Shown here one piece after another: positions 40,625 to 52,489 of a stretch of 64,000 nt of DNA. The stretch covers positions 51,710,001 to 51,774,000 of the forward strand of contig NC_086108.1 of assembly GCF_963921235.1 (NCBI RefSeq), given 5' to 3'. The DNA comes from Mobula hypostoma. Taxonomy: Eukaryota. Every line of letters starts with the position of its first letter. Within the stretch, counting starts at the first letter, position 1. Under the pieces are notes generated by a model. The model was not told where the DNA came from. It was given only the letters and a program-made list of their open reading frames with translations, and made no database searches. Both the position numbers and the translations under genes were made by a program.

Positions 40625-41005
40625 GACAAGATCACGTTCAAGTTTATTGTCATCTGACTGTTCGTATATACAACCAAATGAAACAACAATCCTCCAGCCC
40701 ATGGTGCACCCACAGTACATATAACACACACCGCACATACAGCAAAATATTGTCACAACTAACTTAATAAAATATAATTAAAATGCATGTGAAGTGTGCA
40801 GCACAGGTAAACAGCTCACTGTCCTAGTGACAATACCTCAGTGGTGGCAGGGTATTCATTAGTCTTACAGCCTGAGGAAGAAGCTGTTACCCAGTCTGGC
40901 AGTCCTAGTCCTTATGTTTCTGTACCTCCTTCTTGATGGTAGTGGTTCAAAGAGATTGTGGGATGGGTGATACAGATGCTTCATGCCCTTTGTACACAAT
41001 GCTCC
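40625..41005 (-). mobile_element. Rex/Babar-like LINE 3' fragment
   Basis: Similar to 54950-55150 (ctgtacctccttcttgatggtag) with a caagtttattgtcat-type tail. Confidence 0.6.
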
Positions 41006-41367
41006 TGGTAAAATCAGTTTGGAATTTTTGAAGATGGTTCAGCAACCTGTCTGCTCTTTTTCTTGTGCAATGCACCATTCCAGTACCATTGTTCCAAATC
41101 AAAGTAAAATTACAAGATACAATTCAATGTTGTGCTCTGAAATGCCTCCTCAGAGATTGCATCTTCAAAGCCTTTTTCTCCCTATCATATGACGATTATT
41201 AAGATGAATCCCTAAAACCTTTTACTCGGTTCATGCCTTATTACAGAATTTCATGAATGGTGTATCTTTGGCCTGGCAAGAAAATGAGCCAAGAAGTTTA
41301 AGGCAGAGTTGGAATGGGAAATGATGTTTAAGCGCACAGGATTTATTGTTTTATTCTCTCCTTTCAG

Positions 41368-41543
41368 GTTTGGTTTCAAAACAGAAGAGCGAAATTCCGC
41401 CGAAATGAGAGAGCTTTGCTGGCCAGTAAAAATGCATCCATTCTCAAATCATTCAGTGGAGAGGCAGTGGAGCAGCCCATGGCACCCCGCCCTGCACCCA
41501 GAGCCCAGGATTACCTGTCCTGGGGAACGACATCTCCATATGG
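41368..41543 (+). CDS. PRRX1: PRRX1 coding exon 3 (homeodomain helix 3, Q50)
   Basis: Acceptor ctcctttcag ends at 41367. Encodes VWFQNRRAKFRRNERALLASKNASILKSFSGEAVEQPMAPRPAPRAQDYLSWGTTSPY; donor GTAATC at 41544 (phase 2). This frame is not in the supplied ORF track. Confidence 0.95.
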
Positions 41544-42829
41544 GTAATCTCTTATTGGTAATATATATATGTAATAACCACATTGCCCGGAAATTGCCAT
41601 GATATAGTACTGCCAGTCTCTCGTGAACGTAGCCTTCAAAGTTCAGAATTGACCCCCCCAATATGGTACTCTACATAATATTGTCAATAAGCTCATTAAA
41701 TTTGATGTTGTATCCACAATTCCATATCATGCAGCCTAGTATTAACTCCGCACTGTGAGCAATATGAATTTGATCAACAATTTCATTCTAAGCACAGCTA
41801 AAATTTGATATCCAGAACCCAAGAACACTTAGTATAGTCTTATGGTTAATAGATAGTACGAATGTAATATGTAAGTTACCTAAATGCAATAATATATGGA
41901 AAAAGGTGTATACAGAATAATAGACAGCATTATTAGATTTGTCAGGGTGACTGTATTTCAGCTACCTTGGCTGCCAAGCTTATTGAATATCTCCATAAAA
42001 TGGAAGGTGTTGTAGAAATTAGAATGCATGAAATGCCTATTTTTATAACGACAATTGGTAAAATCACAAAGACAAGGCAATTCAATGGAATTACAAAATT
42101 AAATACCTACATGCCAGGGACTGATGATGTCACTGCAGTGTGTGCTCGTTCTCATTATTGTAGAGAATGTGTTGTGCTTTGTAAATTCAGACTGAGAAAT
42201 ATTTCTGAACATTTTCACATTCTAGAGAAAACCTGACAGAAAGTTTGAATTAAATTCAGTGTAGACCCAAATGGGAAACTTCCTTGTCCTCAGTAATGGC
42301 CCTAAATGGCCTAAGAAAGGTGCACCGGTGCTACTTGCTGTTTTTCTTCCGAAAGTTGTCAGGACATAGCCAGTATTCTTTGCTTCAGCTAATCAGGAGC
42401 CAAAGCAATAAGCATGTCAGTAGGCATATTTCTTGGCAAGCAAGAAATCAATATCCCCACAGCAATTTATGATGGCAGGAAAACAAAGCCATCATTTTGG
42501 CAGCAGACATTGCTGTGGTAACAAGGAACTGAGTTATACATGGACTTGGTTCCCATTTGGAACTGTACAATAGACCAAGTATGGTATATAAAGCTCGAAA
42601 ATATTTTGTATCAATTATCAAATTATTGATAATGATAATAAGTTAATGCCAGAGAATTATTCAACTCTCTGGCATTAACTCATCTCCAGAATATCATTTT
42701 ACTGTTCTTGAAATTAAAATTGTCTGCTCTGTACATACATATTTATTAAGATAAATTAAAAAGAGATAAGGAGAATATTGAAAGTCCGTCTGCTTTCTGA
42801 AAGTCCTCTGATTTCTGAATTTTTTCCCC

Positions 42830-44325
42830 GTTTAGAAAATAGTCTATCCTTTATTCATTCTGCCAAAATACCTGATTATACATTTCCCTATACCATATTC
42901 CACCTGCCTTTTCATTGTCCATTCTCCTAATTTGTCCAAGACTTTCTGCAGAGTCCCTCATCCAGATTATTAACAGATAACATGAAATATAGTGGACCCA
43001 ATACCAATCACAGCAGAATACCATTAGCTACCCGCAGCCAACCAGAAAAGACCCCTTTATTCCCATTCTTTCCTCTTGCCAGTCAGCCAGTCTTCTATCA
43101 AAGCTTTCTTGTAATATCATGGGCTGTTATCATGTTTAACAGCCCTAGGCGTGACACCTTATGAAAGGTCTTTTGAAAATCCAAGTAAACAACATCCGCT
43201 AACTTCTTCCGTTACTTCCTCAAAGAATTCCAATAGATTAGCCAGGCAAAATTTCCCATGAAGGAAACCATGCTGATCACCCGATTTTATCCTGCACCTC
43301 CAAGAATCCTGAAGCCTCTTCCTTAATAATGGAATCTAACATCTTACTGAAGTGTGGCTAACTGGCCTATAATTTGCTGTTTTTTGCCTCCCTCACTTCT
43401 TAAAGGATGAATCAGAATCATGTTTAATATCATTGATATATGTCGTGAAATTTGTTGTTTTGCAAACAGCACTACAGTGCAAGACACTATAATACTACAA
43501 ATTACAGTAAGAAATATACATTTAAAATTAATTAAATAAATAGTGCAGAAAGAGAGCAGAAGTAATTAGGTAGTGTTCATGGGTTGGTTCATTGTCTGTT
43601 CAGAAATATGACGGTGGAGAGAAAAAGTGGAGCAACATATGCAATTTTCTGGAATCATTCCGAAATCTAGTGATTTTTTAAAGTTCACTACTAGTGTCTC
43701 CACAATTTCTTCAGCTACCCTTTTCAAAACCCTGACATGTAGTCCAAGTGGTACAGTGATTTTATCTACCCTCAGACCCTAGAGCTCCTCAAGCATCTTC
43801 TCCTTAGTAATAGCAACTACCCTCAATTGTGCCTTCTGACACTCTCTGGAGTCTTCCACAGTGAAAACTGGCGCAACGTATTTATTAAGTTTGTTCACCA
43901 TTTCTCTCCAGCATCATTTTCCAGCACTCCTATGTCTATACTTAGCTCTGTTTTACTCTATATATCTGAAATATCTTTTGGTATCCTCTTTTATGTTATT
44001 GACTAGATTACCTTCATCTATTCTCTCCTTATTGCTTTCTTAGTTGCCTTCTGTTGGTTTTTAAAAGCTTCTCAATCCTCTAGCTTCCCACTAATTTTTG
44101 CTATATTATATGCTCTCTCTTTTACTTTTATGCTGTCTTTGACTGCCCTTGTCAGCTACGGTTGCCTCATTCTCCCTTTAGAATACTTCTTCTTTGGGAT
44201 GCATTTATTCTGCACCTTCCAAATCACTCCCAGAAACTCCAGGCATTGCTGTCCTTCTGTCATTCTTGCTAATGTCCCCTTCCAATCAATTTTGGCCAAC
44301 TCCTCTCTCATACCTCTGTAATTCT
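42830..44325 (-). mobile_element. Decayed, internally deleted CR1-like LINE with a nested LINE-tail insertion (~43390-43625)
   Basis: Reverse complement of the 9350-11000 subfamily (ttcctcaaagaattcc, ggaaaccatgctga, gtcttccacagtgaa). The insert begins atcagaatcatgtttaatatc. Confidence 0.75.
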
Positions 44326-45175
44326 CTTTAATCGTCTGAGGTTTAATTGCACTTTTCTATAATTTCCAATTACTATGCCATACACAAGCTGGATTTAATG
44401 TCATATTTATAACTAGACTGAGAAATTTTGCAATGCATTAAATACATTCAAGAGACGGCATTTAAAATTATAGCTACTAGCTATTAATTATACACCCAGA
44501 TTTTTAGATGTTTTTTCTTTTAATAGGAATCTATAATTTGGTGATTAACTTTTTGATGGTTCATCTCATACTTGTCAGGAACCAGCTGTAACTTGTTAAA
44601 TTTGTTTGCTCAGGTTAATTAATGAATTCAGGAAAGAGATCATACCATTCTGCGTTTCTCGTGACAATCATAGTTACGGATTTCAACTTGGTAGTTATAA
44701 ATAAAAAGCAACCGAAGTATTGTATAACGGTATGATTATATTCAGTGGATAAATTTTACCCGATATGTTTAATATCATGGTAGTTTAAATGCATTTTATT
44801 GACTGAATTTACATTGCTGCCAGTTTCATGATTTAAGACTAAATGAAGTAATTCTTTTAAAGGGGAAATGTGAGTTAATTGCAGATATTATTGCTAAGAA
44901 ATGCAGTCTCTCACATCCCTTGTCTTTGCTTTGTTTTATATTTTAAAGTTGTCACTAATTGGAGGCATAAGGACAATTATTTAGATTACAAGATATCATG
45001 AAACTATAGATTAGTGATTTCATCAGAATAGAGGGCTGGATACAGCCACACCTTTTTCTAACAACCATTTAATGTAAGTAGACATGATATTTCATAGATA
45101 AACTATTCAAATGTATATCCTAGATTGTCTCTGCTAACAATCAGCAAATTAGATAAGCAGCATAATTCTTTGTAA

Positions 45176-46305
45176 AAATGCTATTCCCTTTTCTCAGTTC
45201 CTTTGACTCCACCACATCTATTTTTAGGATGAGGCTTTCCTTTCTAGGACACCAGAGACATCCTCCCTCTTCAAAGAACAGCGTTTCCCTTTCTCCTCCA
45301 TTGATGCTGCTCTCACCCACATCTCCTCCATTTCCCAGACATCTGCTCTCACCCCATCTTCCTGCCGCCTTAACGGTGATAAGAGTTCCTCTTGTCATCA
45401 CCAACCACCCCATAAGATTCTGCATCCAATACATCATTCTCCACAATGTCCATCATCTCCAAAGGGATCCTACCACCAAACACATTATCACTTCTCCCTA
45501 CTCTCCACAGGGATCACTTCCTCCATGATTCCTTGTCTATTCATCATTCCCCACTAATCTCCCTCCCAGCACTTATTCCAGCAAGTGGCCAAAGTGCTAC
45601 ACCTGCCCATGCGCCTCCTCCCTCACCTCTGTTCAGGGCCCCAAACAGTCCTTCCAGATGAGGTAACACTTTCACTGTGAATCTGCTGGGGTCACCTGTT
45701 GTATCCGGTGATCCACAAGTGACCTCCTTTACACTGGTGAGGCCCAACATAAAATGGGGGACCTCCTCATTGAGTACTTCCACTCCATCCACCAAAAGAA
45801 GATCATCCCAATGGCCCAACATTTTAATTCCAATTCCCATTCCTGTTCTGACATGTGTTTCATGGCCTCCTCTTGTGCCACGATGGGGCATCCTTGGGGT
45901 GGAGGAGCAACACCTTATATTCTGCATAGGTAGACTCCAACCCGATGGCATGAATATCGATTTCTCCTCCTCTCTTCTATTCCTCACTCTGGCCTTTTAC
46001 CTGTTCTTGCCAGCTTATCACCTCCCCTGGTGCCCCTCCTCTTTCCCTTTCTTCAAATATCAACTCTCCTGTCCTATCAGATTTCTTCATCTCCAGCTCT
46101 TTAACTTTCCCACCCACCTGGCTTCACCTATTACCTTTTAGCAATTCTCCTTCCCCTCCCTCTTCCTTTTTAATCCAGCATCTTCACCCTTCATTTCCAG
46201 TCCTGAAGATGAGTTTCAGCCTGTAACATTGACTGTTGTCTATTTACTTGGATGCTGAATTTTTGTGTGTGTCACTTTGGATTTCCAGCATCTAGTGAAT
46301 TTCTT
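45176..46305 (+). mobile_element. Decayed Penelope-like retroelement, 3' half (GIY-YIG endonuclease region plus tail)
   Basis: 45670-45790 translates FHCESAGVTCCIR*STSDLLYTGEAQHKMGDLLIEYFHSI, a degenerate form of the VIY..C..C...YIGET.R....R..EH GIY-YIG motif. C-terminal EEQHLIF..G.LQPDGMNIDF is followed by a pyrimidine-rich UTR and a hammerhead-like tail at 46198-46235. Confidence 0.8.
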
Positions 46306-46381
46306 GAATAAATAAGAAGGCGCTAGCGAGATAAGCGATGCTTTACAGGCTGGAAAACAAAACTACTATTGTTATATTAAC

Positions 46382-46552
46382 AAACAACACAAACAACAAC
46401 ACACATCAAAGTTGCTGGTGAACACAGCAGGCCAGGCAGCATCTCTAGGAAGAGGTACAGTCGACATTTTAGGCCGAGACCCTTCGTCAGGACTAACTGA
46501 AGGAAGAGTTAGTAAGAGATTTGAAAGTGGGAGGGGGAGGGGGAGATCCAAA
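46382..46552 (-). mobile_element. Penelope-like 3'-tail insertion with antisense hammerhead motif
   Basis: Near-identical to the arm at 38106-38182; 14-bp TSD ATTGTTATATTAAC at 46368-46381 and 46553-46566. Confidence 0.85.
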
Positions 46553-46689
46553 ATTGTTATATTAACTGCACTTTTTCTGGACTGCAATCACTGCAATCCA
46601 CAGCCTGTAATTTCTCTTTCGGAGTTTTGCTTTTGAACCATCTGTACGACCTGCCATTTTTGTGGTATCTTGAAGGATTCAGCAAAATG

Positions 46690-47470
46690 GAATCTCGAGA
46701 ATGCAGGTATGGCCACGGTAGCCGCTGCTGGAGCAGACGTGGACTGGATTGAAGTGACGTGACCCCGGCCCAAGAGCAAGAATGGAATCAATGTTTGGCC
46801 ATCGCTGGAGCAAACCTGGACCCTGATTAAAGCAGTGGCGCCTGGGCTCGAGAGTGAAAAATGAACTGATGTTTGGCCATTACTGGACCAGCGGTGCCTG
46901 GACTTCAAGAGTGAAAAACAAACCGATGTTTGGCCATTACTGAAACAAACTTGGGGCTGGATTGAAGCAGTGGGGCCTGGGTTCGAGAGTGAAAAATGAA
47001 CTGATGTTTGGCTGATTTAAGTGCTGAGCTGGATGACAAAGGTCAAGGTGTCAAGGTTGAGGGTGAAGACCAAACCGTGTTCCACTCACTACTCCGGGAG
47101 GTTTAGTTAGTGCTGATCTGATTGCGTGGCTGTGACCTGCAGTCATCAGACTCCCAGACTGGGCTTCTCTTGCCTCAGCATTGAAAGGGCTCTGTGGCTG
47201 TGGCCTGCAGCAATCGGGCTGCTGATAGGCTCCGTGGCTGTGGACTCACTTTCAGGGACTCTGCAGTTCATGTTCTGTGTGTTATTTGTTCACTTTTTGG
47301 TGTTTGCATGATTTGTTCTTTTATTTTCACACAGTGGGTGTTTGACCGTCTTTGTTATGTGGGGTTTTTTTTTAATGCATCTATTGTGACTCTTTGTTTT
47401 GTAGCTGCCTGCAAGAAGATGAATCTCAAGTTGCATATAGTATACTTACTTTGATAATGTACTTTGAACT
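46690..47470 (+). mobile_element. Non-coding SINE-like element with internal tandem repeats and a Rex/Babar-type 3' tail
   Basis: Three ~58-78 bp units starting ATGTTTGGCCAT (46791-47010). Tail CAAGAAGATGAATCTCAAG...TACTTTGAAC resembles the reverse complement of 54709-54782. Confidence 0.6.
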
Positions 47471-47479
47471 TGTTATTTA

Positions 47480-47553
47480 GAGCAACACACATGAAATGCT
47501 GGAGGAGCTTAGCAGGTCAGGCAGCATCTGTGGAAATGAATAAACAGTTCTCT
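47480..47553 (-). mobile_element. Penelope-like 3'-tail fragment
   Basis: GCAACACACA...GCAGGTCAGGCAGCATCT; 10-bp TSD TTGTTATTTA at 47470-47479 and 47554-47563. Confidence 0.75.
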
Positions 47554-48129
47554 TTGTTATTTATATTTGTGATAATTCAGCATTTAGTTTTTGAAATGGA
47601 TATTTACCAATTTTTTAATGCAAAATGCTATGTTGAAAATTCCATGGAGTTGAATCAGAATCAGAATCAAGTTTATTATCACCGGCATGCGATGTGAAAT
47701 TTGTTAACTTAGCAGCAGCAGTTCAATGCAATACATAATCTAGCAGAGAGAGAAATAAAATAAAATAATAATAAATAAATAAACAAGTAAATCAATTACA
47801 GATTTTTGTTTAACACTCAAACAATATAGATTAAAGCTGACAGCTAGGCGAATAAGAAACTGGGTTGAGGTAGTATGTGAGAAAGTTAATTTAACTTGCA
47901 ACCATACTGGAAGCTGATAGCTTATTCACCTTTTGTACATATTGCAAAATCCATCCGAATTGCTTAAATATTGGGTACAAAGTGGTTAAAATATTACAGA
48001 GCTGAACTTGTTCATACTTCTGAATGTTTGCTCCCACTTTTCAAAAAGTAACAAAAGAAATCATTACTGGCACAAATGTTACTAATATTACTCCATGATC
48101 TTTTTCATTGTGGTCGATATCTTTGTAGA

Positions 48130-48950
48130 CCAAGATTCAAAGGTACATTTAATGTCAGAGAAATGTATTGAATATACATCCTGAAATGCTTTTTCTTTGC
48201 AACCATCCACCAAAACAGAGGAGACCCCCCAAAGAATGAATGACAGTTAAATGTTAGGACCCCAAAGTCTCCCCCCAGCTCCCCTCCGTCCCGCGCATAA
48301 GTGGCAGTAAGCAACAAATCTCCCTCCCCCCACCGTCAAAAAAAGCATCGGCACCTGCCACCGAGCACTCAAGCGAGAGCAAAGCAACAACAAAGACACA
48401 GACTTGCAGTTACCCCAAAGACTACTTGTTCACCGGTATTCAACATAACACAGGCTCTCTCTCTCCCTAATAAGGGAGAAAGAGGTGTCTCCGTTTCACA
48501 GTGAGAGGGTAGACATAACAAACAACTCACTGGTTTATTATGTTAAAAGTCCATTGCATCGCTTTTTCCAAGCTCTGTGCCCAAAGATCTCGGGTCTCTG
48601 GGCGCACAGCCAAAGATCTTCCATCTCCCAAGACACACTGATCTCCTGCCCGGACACCGACCTCCGATACCACACCACCGCACCCCACCCACCCCCTGGT
48701 CTCCAGAGCCACGAATTCTCGGTTCCCCAAAGGTGAGTGAAGCTCTTAGGCCAAGCCTTTGGCGGCCGAATAACGGCCATTCATGAAACCCCAAGAGCAG
48801 GTCCCATTCCAGCAAAGAACCATAGTTAGCATCTAACTCCAGGTCAGGGTCTTCAAAAGAATCCTGAAGGGGTAAAATAGAGATATTAAAGATGGAAATA
48901 GAGCTGTTTCCAAAGATGCAAACAAAGGAGTCCCCATTAGGTGCCATTAA
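48130..48950 (-). mobile_element. Non-coding interspersed repeat (SINE-like, LINE-type tail); partial second copy at ~49290-49500
   Basis: The left end caagattcaaaggtacatttaatgtc resembles the reversed LINE tails. 48741-48948 is visibly duplicated at 49290-49498. Confidence 0.55.
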
Positions 48951-51275
48951 CCCTCCTAAACTCCTCCCCTTGGCTGCCCAACTAATGAATAGAATGGAAA
49001 ATCAACCTATTTATATATACTAGAATAACCAGTAATCTGAGAACCCAGTTAATCTTATTTAAGATGACTGGATTTTGTATTTTAACTGTTTCTCTGAAAA
49101 CTAATGATTCCAAACTCAAATGAAAATAATGTTTAGCATTAGGAAATCAATACTGTTAACAGGATTGTCAAAGAAAATAAGTACACTTGGTGACCACTTT
49201 ATTTTTACTTGTAGATTGGAGTTCCTCATAACTATTTTCCACTATAGCCTTGTGCTATGCCATATTTAATTCTGAGTTACCTAGAGCTAAGCTCTTAGGC
49301 CACATCCTTGGCACGTCAGATAACAGCCAGTCGTGAAACCCTGAGAGCAGGTCCTATTCCTGCAAAGAACTTAAGTCAGCCTGTAACTCCAGGTCAGGGT
49401 CTTCAAAAGTACCCTGAAAGGGAAAAACAGAGTTATTAAAGATGGAACTAGAGCTGTTTCCGAATACGCAAGCAAAGGAGTCGCTGTTTAGCGCCATCAT
49501 AACTAAGCTCCACCCTCTTCTTTATATTAGTCTGTTAACATTGTCCTGCAGTATACAGCTTTGTTTTTTCAGTATCAACCATAAACCAAATTTGGTGTCT
49601 TCTACAAATATCCCCTATTTTAAAGGGTAAACCAGACACTGCTTTCTATCACTGCGGCACTTAGGATCTAACTTTTCACTTTCTCTTCTATTCTCTTATA
49701 TCTTTATTTTTGTGGACAACTTGATAAGATCCACAGATCTCTTTCCTACACATCTAGCCCTGCAGCTTTGAAACTGGCTGGAGAATGGTTTAGAAGCTTG
49801 GCTTGTCGATTGGCTTCCTCCCTTTGTGCAGTAATAGGTCCCACTCTCAGTAAAGTCAGATGATTATAAGGATATCTCTCCACGACCCTTACACATTTTA
49901 GATTATGTTTCAGAGCAAAAGATTAATCCCTGAAAAGTTACTTAATAAAATATGAGAACATCTTGCATTAATGTAACACCTTTAATAGCAAAACATATTC
50001 TGAGAAAGTTTTAAAAAATGGTTATGATGAAATGAAGTTCAGATAATTATTTAGTTGTATTTCATATAAAAACTGTCTATATTCTAGTTCGGTTTTCCTT
50101 AATCTATGTATCCATGTTGGGTTGAAGTCCCATGTTCCTATTCCTGACCAGCTTCTATCCTGTGGAACAATACATTATTGTGCATAATCAGTAATAACAT
50201 ATGATCTTTGAAATAATAGTAGATTATGATTTACAATATTTATCATCGCTATATCATCTATTGTTACTATTAAAAGTGCTTAAGGCACATATACATATTC
50301 CTAACCCATATATGCTAAGAATTTAACATAAGGAAATTGTTCCTTTCTTTGGTCTTTTCTTCATACATGCACTATTCTTTAAAGCTTGATATTACATAAT
50401 CACTATTTTTGGATTTACCTCCTCATTTCAATTAGTTGACCGGGAATATGAGCCAACGGACCATCTTCATTGTGCATTTTATATGAGTCGCACAAAGCCA
50501 AATAATTTAGATTTAACAATGTTGATTAGCAACTCTAAATATGAAAGGGAAAAGGGCATGTTTAAAGACTTAATTTGCCTTATAATCAAAATGTTGTACT
50601 TTATTATATGAAAATCCTATCTAGAGTTATTTTATTTTAATAAATTACTACTTCATCAGCTCATTCATTTCTACAAATGAACTTCGTCTCATTTTCACAG
50701 TTAAGATAAAATTCCTACTGACAACAATATTACCAATAGGGTCAATAAATACAAATTGGGATAGAGAAGAAATTTCACACTGATAATTGCTTAATCCAAT
50801 GTTGTTTTGCAACAAAGTTCCACCAGTTTTGCTGGAGCTGGTAGCAACTCAGGAGTAAATCGGCCATTCTCTCAGCTAATCCAATATGGTAGACAGGGTC
50901 CTTGTAACCCGCAAAGCATAACACGAAAATAAATGTTTCAGTACTTTGCATCCGACTTACTAATATGACTTCAGCACGTGGACTCACGAACCATTGTTCA
51001 TCAAAACATACTGGAATGTTAGGTCTGACACAGGGTCTCATCAGCCTGCTTTATAATGAATCAGTGAATAGTCTGACATTTCTTTTCTCCCCTAATAAAC
51101 AAAAGTATTGGCTTCCATTCAGGCTTTCCTTACTTGTGTGACTAAAATTTATTGAGTGCCATTCCACAAGATCCAACAATGCATTTTGTTTGAATTAATT
51201 ATTTTTATTTTCAATTTGAATTTTAGTCCCTGTTTGTGTTCACTGTTTTCTTTTTAATCTCCTTTCTTCAAACAG

Positions 51276-51340
51276 TGCCACCAACCCTTTAGTATTCAAC
51301 ACAAGTGATCATTTTCTTATATGAACCTGGGTTGTGAATG
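51276..51340 (+). CDS. PRRX1: Candidate PRRX1 alternative cassette exon giving a short OAR-less isoform
   Basis: Long polypyrimidine tract plus acag ending at 51275. In phase 2 it reads (G)ATNPLVFNTSDHFLI*, with TGA at 51322-51324 and donor G|GTAACG at 51341. No transcript evidence. Confidence 0.5.
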
Positions 51341-52489
51341 GTAACGTCAAATTTGACAGTGTCACAGCCTAGTCAGATCCTTTTCTTAAACATTTACAGA
51401 GGCAGAATCAGGATCAGCTTTAATAACATCAGCATATGTCATGAATTGCATTAACTTTATGTCAACAATACTATGAAATACATGATAAATAAATGTAAAG
51501 AAAAAACAGAATTACAGTAAGTATATATATGTCTAGTAAATAGTTATGTTAGAATAAGTTGTGCAAAAAAACCCAGAAATAATAAATTAGTGAGGTAGAG
51601 TCCATGGGTTCACTGTCCATTTAGAAATCAGATGGCAGAGGGAAAGAAGCCTTTCCTGTAATAGGAATCACCAAATACCAACGATGCCTTATCCTAGCAT
51701 AGCTGCAGTGATTAGAATGTGTAAATTACATTAAGTTTTTTGAAACTTTGCAACTTGTATCCCATATCAGTTAATTATATTCAGGCTGGGGATAGCCTGC
51801 AACAGCCTGATTTTTATTGTTTGATATTACAACAGACATTGTGTTTATCACTAAGAGGCAGCAAAGTCTTGAAAATGTTAATGTTCCTACAATGACCAGT
51901 TAGTGTGGGAAATAGTGAAGACATACATCAAAAACTGCCTCCAAGCCATTCTCAGCACACTCATTACAATATGTTCAATTCATATCAACAAAGAATAATT
52001 TGCAAAATAATACTTGTTAACTATTGCCACAGGGTCTGTCTTAACTTTGCTATTTATGTGGCCCAGAACTTCTGATTTTAATGGCAAAGATCCTATTCTT
52101 CCAGCATGTACAGACTGTATTACTAATTATCACGTGCCGGTTTATTTTCCCTTGTATTTTCTAACCAAAGAAACATAAAGGCATTGGAGTCTCCATTATC
52201 TTGAGGGAATTTGCTGTGGATATAATTATGCCCAAAATTATTTAGGACTTAAATTCTAAGTATTTCAGATAATAGCAATTTCCTAAATTTCTAGCCAATT
52301 GTGTAGATTAGGCATAAAATGCTTAAGGACATGCAAACTTGGAAATGTTCCAAGTTTTAATATGTCATAAAATATGTTTAACATAAGATATGGTCCATAA
52401 TGTAGCAAGAATTTTTACTTAAATTTCTTTAAAATCTCAATAAAATAACTGCCAGTGGAAAATGTTATAAAATGTTATTAAAGTCATTA

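Noticed and set aside
41309..41602. 97-aa ORF over PRRX1 exon 3
   Set aside because: Wrong frame; the true exon (VWFQNRR...) is in another frame set by the splice sites.
46791..47010. CRISPR-like repeat-spacer pattern
   Set aside because: Vertebrate context, the intervening segments are homologous to each other, and there are no cas genes; it is a minisatellite in a repeat.
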